Of a stretch of 64,000 nt of DNA, positions 60,760 through 64,000 are shown in pieces (the first letter of the stretch is position 1; every line of letters starts with the position of its first letter). The position numbers were made by a program, and so were the translations under genes. The notes beneath the pieces are model-generated. The model was not told the origin of the DNA. It did not search any database and was given only the letters and a program-made list of their open reading frames with translations. Source of the DNA: Ostreococcus lucimarinus (lineage: Eukaryota); NCBI GenBank assembly GCA_000092065.1, contig CP000594.1. One strand, written 5' to 3'.

Positions 60760-62391
60760 TCAGCTCGACATAGTCGCCTTGTTGATCTCGAAAATGAGCA
60801 AACGCCAAAGAGAAATGACGAAAGGCTCGCACTCGGCGTCTAAAACCGGGTCGAGATCGACGATGAGGTCGAGAGGGGAAACGCGAGCGTCGAGCTTTTC
60901 GAGGACGAAGCGCGCGAGAGCGGGCTCGGATTCGCCGAGGAGGTCGGTGAGCTTCTTGGAGATCCACTTGGAGGCGACGGCGTCGATTTCGGCGGTGGTG
61001 TAAGTGGACCAATCCATGGGATGGGCGAAGATGTCGTCGCGAGCGGTGGGAACGGTGGCGATGATGGCGGCGACGTCGACGGGTCGTCGCTCGGCGCGAC
61101 GGCGATCGACGTCGCGGGCGGCGTCTTCGAAGACGTCCGGAGGTGGTTTCGCGTGCGATGCGGAGAACGCGGCGGATAGACCGCCGGTCGGTCGCTTCGG
61201 TGCGGTCAAGCCGAAAGACGTCTTTGCCTGCTGCTGCTGCTGCGGTGGCGGCGGCACCGACACCAAATCGCTCGAGCGCGGTTCGGCAAAGCCTCGAACG
61301 CGCTCGGGCTCGTGCGTCGACTTTCGAGCTTTTGAAATCGGAAACGCCTCTGCGTGGACATCATCGCTCGTCGAACGCGAACGCGCCGCCGCGCGAACCG
61401 TCGCGCGAGTATCGCGTCGCTCGAGCTCCTCTTCCTCATCGCGACGGTCTCGTTCGTCGTCCTCGATTTCTAAATCTCGAAACCGTCGTCGTCGCGCCCG
61501 CTCGCGGTCGGACTTTTCCCAAAGCGGCGTTTGGATGCCGTCCTCTTCGCTATCGCTCGCTAAGTCGCGCTTGATCGCCGCGCGACGTTCCATCTTCTTT
61601 TCCTTTTCTATTTTCGCTCGCCTCGCGCGTTCGCGGACGTTGGCGCCGACTAAATCATCCATCACCTTCTCCCGCTCGCGAAACAACCGCTCGGCGCGCT
61701 CGGTCGCTTCGTATTCGTGTCTTCCACCGCGCACGAACCGCGCGGTGGCGGAGTTCGTCACCGGCGCGCTCGTCCCGCTCTCGAACCTCCCGGCGTCGGA
61801 AGCGTTCGCCGGCGAGCGCCCCCTCGACGTCGACCTCCGCCCACCCTCCCTCGCCGCCGCGCCGCGCGTCGACTCTCGCGCCTTCCCCTCGTCCACCGAC
61901 CGCGGCGGTAACCCACGCACGACGACCTCCGCCTTCGCGTTCGCCGCCTTCGCCGCCTTTCCCGCCTTCGCCTTCGCCGTCGCCTCGTCGTCCGAAATCT
62001 CCCCGATCTCCACCTCCTCCCCCTCCATCCCTCGCCCGAGCACCCTCGCGATCTCTCTTCGTCGCCTCGCGTCCCCGTCCGCGTCCAGCGCGCGCTCTCC
62101 CGCGCGTCTCAGGTACGCCGTCGTCGCCGCCCTCGTCGCCGCGTTCGCCGCGCACGTCATCGCCTCGTCCGCCTCGCTCACGCGCAGCCCATCGATCGCG
62201 CGCGCGCACCGCACCGCGCCCTCGATCGTCTCGAACGTCGCGAATCCGAACCGCTTCGGCGCGCGCGTCGCGGGATCGCGGACGCGTTTCCACGTTTTCA
62301 GCGCGCCGCAGATTTCGAGCGCGCGCTCGACGATCGCGTCGTCCGCGAGCGCGATTGGGATCTTTCCCACGTACACGCGCGGCGCGGACAT
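60760..62391 (-). CDS. RBM25-like splicing factor (N-terminal RRM, ER-rich middle, C-terminal PWI domain)
   Basis: RRM MSAPRVYVGKIPIALADDAIVERALEICGALKTWKRV…KRFGFATFETIEGAVRCARAIDGL. Central RE/RD-rich region with poly-Q. C-terminal PWI-like IDAVASKWISKKLTDLLGESEPALARFVLEKL…FVISLWRLLIFE. Alternative upstream ATG at 62647-62649. Confidence 0.65.
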   Translation of the reverse strand: MSAPRVYVGKIPIALADDAIVERALEICGALKTWKRVRDPATRAPKRFGFATFETIEGAVRCARAIDGLRVSEADEAMTCAANAATRAATTAYLRRAGERALDADGDARRRREIARVLGRGMEGEEVEIGEISDDEATAKAKAGKAAKAANAKAEVVVRGLPPRSVDEGKARESTRGAAAREGGRRSTSRGRSPANASDAGRFESGTSAPVTNSATARFVRGGRHEYEATERAERLFREREKVMDDLVGANVRERARRAKIEKEKKMERRAAIKRDLASDSEEDGIQTPLWEKSDRERARRRRFRDLEIEDDERDRRDEEEELERRDTRATVRAAARSRSTSDDVHAEAFPISKARKSTHEPERVRGFAEPRSSDLVSVPPPPQQQQQAKTSFGLTAPKRPTGGLSAAFSASHAKPPPDVFEDAARDVDRRRAERRPVDVAAIIATVPTARDDIFAHPMDWSTYTTAEIDAVASKWISKKLTDLLGESEPALARFVLEKLDARVSPLDLIVDLDPVLDAECEPFVISLWRLLIFEINKATMSS

Positions 62392-62693
62392 CGTCGCTGC
62401 GCGTCGCGTCTCGACGCGCGACGCGACGCGCGGCGCGACGTGACGCGCGACGATGTCCGCGCGCGCGAAGGCGATGGATGCGCCGCACATCGGCGCTCGA
62501 AATCTGCGTCGCGCGTCGCGTCGCGCGGCGCATGGCGACGGCGAGCGCGCGCGTTCGTCGCGCGTCACCGCGCGCCGCGCGACGCCCCGCGCGACGCAAC
62601 GCGAGAGGAGGACGCGCGACGCGGATTCGTCGGCGCGCGACGTCGGCATCGGACGACGAAACCGCGCGCGCGACGCGCGATGCGACGACGCGG

Positions 62694-63449
62694 ATGTCGT
62701 ACGACGACGGGGAACCGCTGATCGACGCGCGCTCGGCGCGGGTGAAGCGGACGGGGCGCAAGAGCGCGGCGCCGCCGGTGACGCGGCCGGGGATCTTGAA
62801 GTCCAAAGCCGCGGCGCTGCGAGAAATCGACGAGGCGACGCGAGGCGACGAGGAGGCGGCGGAGGCGGCGGGGGAGGCGGAGGACGACGACGGGCGGTCG
62901 CGAAGGAAACGGCGGGACGGGGAGAGGGCGGAGTTGACGTCGACGGCGAGCGTCGTGGAGTGGATGGTTCGATCGACGGATGATATGCTGGACGATTTGG
63001 AGGCGCGAGAACCGCCGGGCGCCGTCGCGGCGTGGGCGCTGAGTAAACGCGCGGAATCCGTGGTGGGGAATCCGGCGGTGAAGAAGACGGTGGACGTCGT
63101 CGGTAAGGTTGGCGTGGCGGCCGTGCGCGCGGCGGCGCCCGTGGTGGCGGATGGCGCGGGGAAGGTGGTGAAGGAAGGGTCGAAATTAGCCGTCAAGGCG
63201 GCGGTGAGCGCGGCGACGGCCAAGGTTGGATACGACAAGCGCGAACGCGAGAAAGAACGATCGACCCCGTTCGGGGGGCTGCTGGGAGGGAATAAGAAGA
63301 CGCCGCCGCTGGAATCCGAGAGGGAGAAGAAGAAAAACCCATTCGCGTTCCCGTCGCTCGCGAAGAAACCAGAACCCGAACCGCCGAGAGGCTTGTTTGG
63401 GCGCAAGAAGGATGACAAGCCGAAGAGAGGATTCTTCGGCGGGAAGTAG
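62694..63449 (+). CDS. hypothetical protein (251 aa) with C-terminal FGGLLGG/GLFGRKK/GFFGGK glycine-aromatic repeats
   Basis: ATG at 62694 (MSYDDGEPLID…). The C-terminus reads …TPFGGLLGGNKK…NPFAFPSLAKK…RGLFGRKKDDKPKRGFFGGK*. Confidence 0.35.
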   Translation: MSYDDGEPLIDARSARVKRTGRKSAAPPVTRPGILKSKAAALREIDEATRGDEEAAEAAGEAEDDDGRSRRKRRDGERAELTSTASVVEWMVRSTDDMLDDLEAREPPGAVAAWALSKRAESVVGNPAVKKTVDVVGKVGVAAVRAAAPVVADGAGKVVKEGSKLAVKAAVSAATAKVGYDKREREKERSTPFGGLLGGNKKTPPLESEREKKKNPFAFPSLAKKPEPEPPRGLFGRKKDDKPKRGFFGGK

Positions 63450-63668
63450 AGTTAGCGCATGCAATTGGAAGGCTCAATTACAAAAGATGTTCGCCGCGCA
63501 ATAGATTTTGAAAATTTGCGCTCGCGGTGGCGCGTTGTATATGTAGTAAAAGTGTCGAGACGGCGGACGTCGTCGAATAAGTTATTATTTTGGTTGTCGA
63601 TCCGTCGCGACGGAGTCGCGCAGATCCTCGTGACGGATCGGTTTCGATCCACGTAGTAAAGTGACGAA

Positions 63669-64000
63669 TTAGAAGCAGCAAATCCCCAAGCCACACAAGC
63701 CGCTGGACTTTTGCTCGACCACCGGCACGGTTTGCGCGGGCTTGTCGCTCGCAGCCGTCGTCTCCTCGGTCTTTTCGTTCCCTCCGAGCACGGATGGGAT
63801 GATGGACAACGCGCGGCCGATCAACTTGCCAGGCATGGCGAACAGACCACCCATCTTTTCCTTGGCAGCCTTTTCTTCGGCTTCCCTGCGCGCGGCTTCG
63901 GCGGCGGCGGCGGCGGCTTGCTTCTCGGCGAGTTCGCGCTCTTCCTTCGCCTTCTTCGCCGCAGCTTCAGCCTCGGCAGCCTCTTTTTCGGCTTGCTTTT
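63669..64000 (-). CDS. partial CDS (5' end beyond window): K/E/A-rich coiled-coil protein with C-terminal GGLF…GLCGLGICCF tail (remorin-like C-terminal anchor?)
   Basis: The minus-strand frame is open from the window edge: …KQAEKEAAEAEAAAKKAKEERELAEKQAAAAAAEAARREAEEKAAKEKMGGLFAMPGKLIGRALSIIPSVLGGNEKTEE…SSGLCGLGICCF*. Confidence 0.3.
   Translation of the reverse strand, partial: KQAEKEAAEAEAAAKKAKEERELAEKQAAAAAAEAARREAEEKAAKEKMGGLFAMPGKLIGRALSIIPSVLGGNEKTEETTAASDKPAQTVPVVEQKSSGLCGLGICCF

Noticed and set aside
61004-62443. 479-aa plus-strand ORF
   Set aside because: Antisense to the RBM25-like gene (RRM + PWI). Ser/Ala/Arg-rich low complexity.
1-64000. Prokaryotic operon interpretation (contiguous ORFs, high GC)
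   Set aside because: Multiple genes require GT-AG introns to restore conserved N- or C-termini (PP1, SEC1, CCT7, CWC27, NDUFV1). The products are eukaryote-specific: CCT, proteasome beta5, Sec61gamma, ELP3, TFIIIC, REP and KDEL-type retention.

Overview
This window is GC-rich (roughly two-thirds G+C), very gene-dense eukaryotic nuclear DNA, not a prokaryotic locus. I call about 38 protein-coding genes in 64 kb. Intergenic spacers are usually under 200 bp, and several head-to-head gene pairs have start codons only 40-150 bp apart. At least eight genes contain small spliceosomal introns of 57-393 nt with GT...AG boundaries. The donors are typically GTACGT or GTGCGT, and the acceptors are often AT-rich. 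Several ORFs in the supplied track are therefore truncated or carry wrong termini. The track also reports TTG and GTG as 'M', which do not initiate in eukaryotes, so many listed ORF starts are not real starts.

Recognisable products include:
- chaperone, protein-turnover and ER genes: CCT-eta, 20S proteasome beta5, glucosidase II beta (RDEL tail), Sec61-gamma, SEC1/KEULE and a Rab escort protein (REP/GDI)
- RNA-processing genes: ELP3, DIS3/RRP44, CWC27, an RBM25-like RRM+PWI protein and a KH-domain protein with an RS-like region
- organellar genes: NDUFV1, COX17 and two proteins with plastid-type transit peptides (BipA/TypA GTPase and a PAO/Tic55-family Rieske oxygenase)
- others: PP1 phosphatase, an AP2 transcription factor, a GT77 glycosyltransferase, a GEP4-like HAD phosphatase, a GNAT acetyltransferase, a YtqB-like methyltransferase, a DUF167 protein, a prenylatable MUB-like ubiquitin-fold protein and a TFIIIC B-block-subunit-like protein.

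The simple transit peptides point to a green-lineage picoalga (Mamiellophyceae/Micromonas-like). That is inference, not a database hit.

The most unusual locus is a ~6.5 kb gene encoding a ~2,165-aa membrane-anchored protein. It is built from six near-identical 335-aa tandem units with a 1,005-bp DNA period, each a pair of SPRY/ConA-like beta-sandwich subdomains, plus divergent copies in the middle. A second gene of interest carries three novel CSWCG...H...CxxC cysteine-rich modules. I found no rRNA, tRNA, CRISPR array or transposon. Long ORFs antisense to real genes are GC-codon-bias artifacts.
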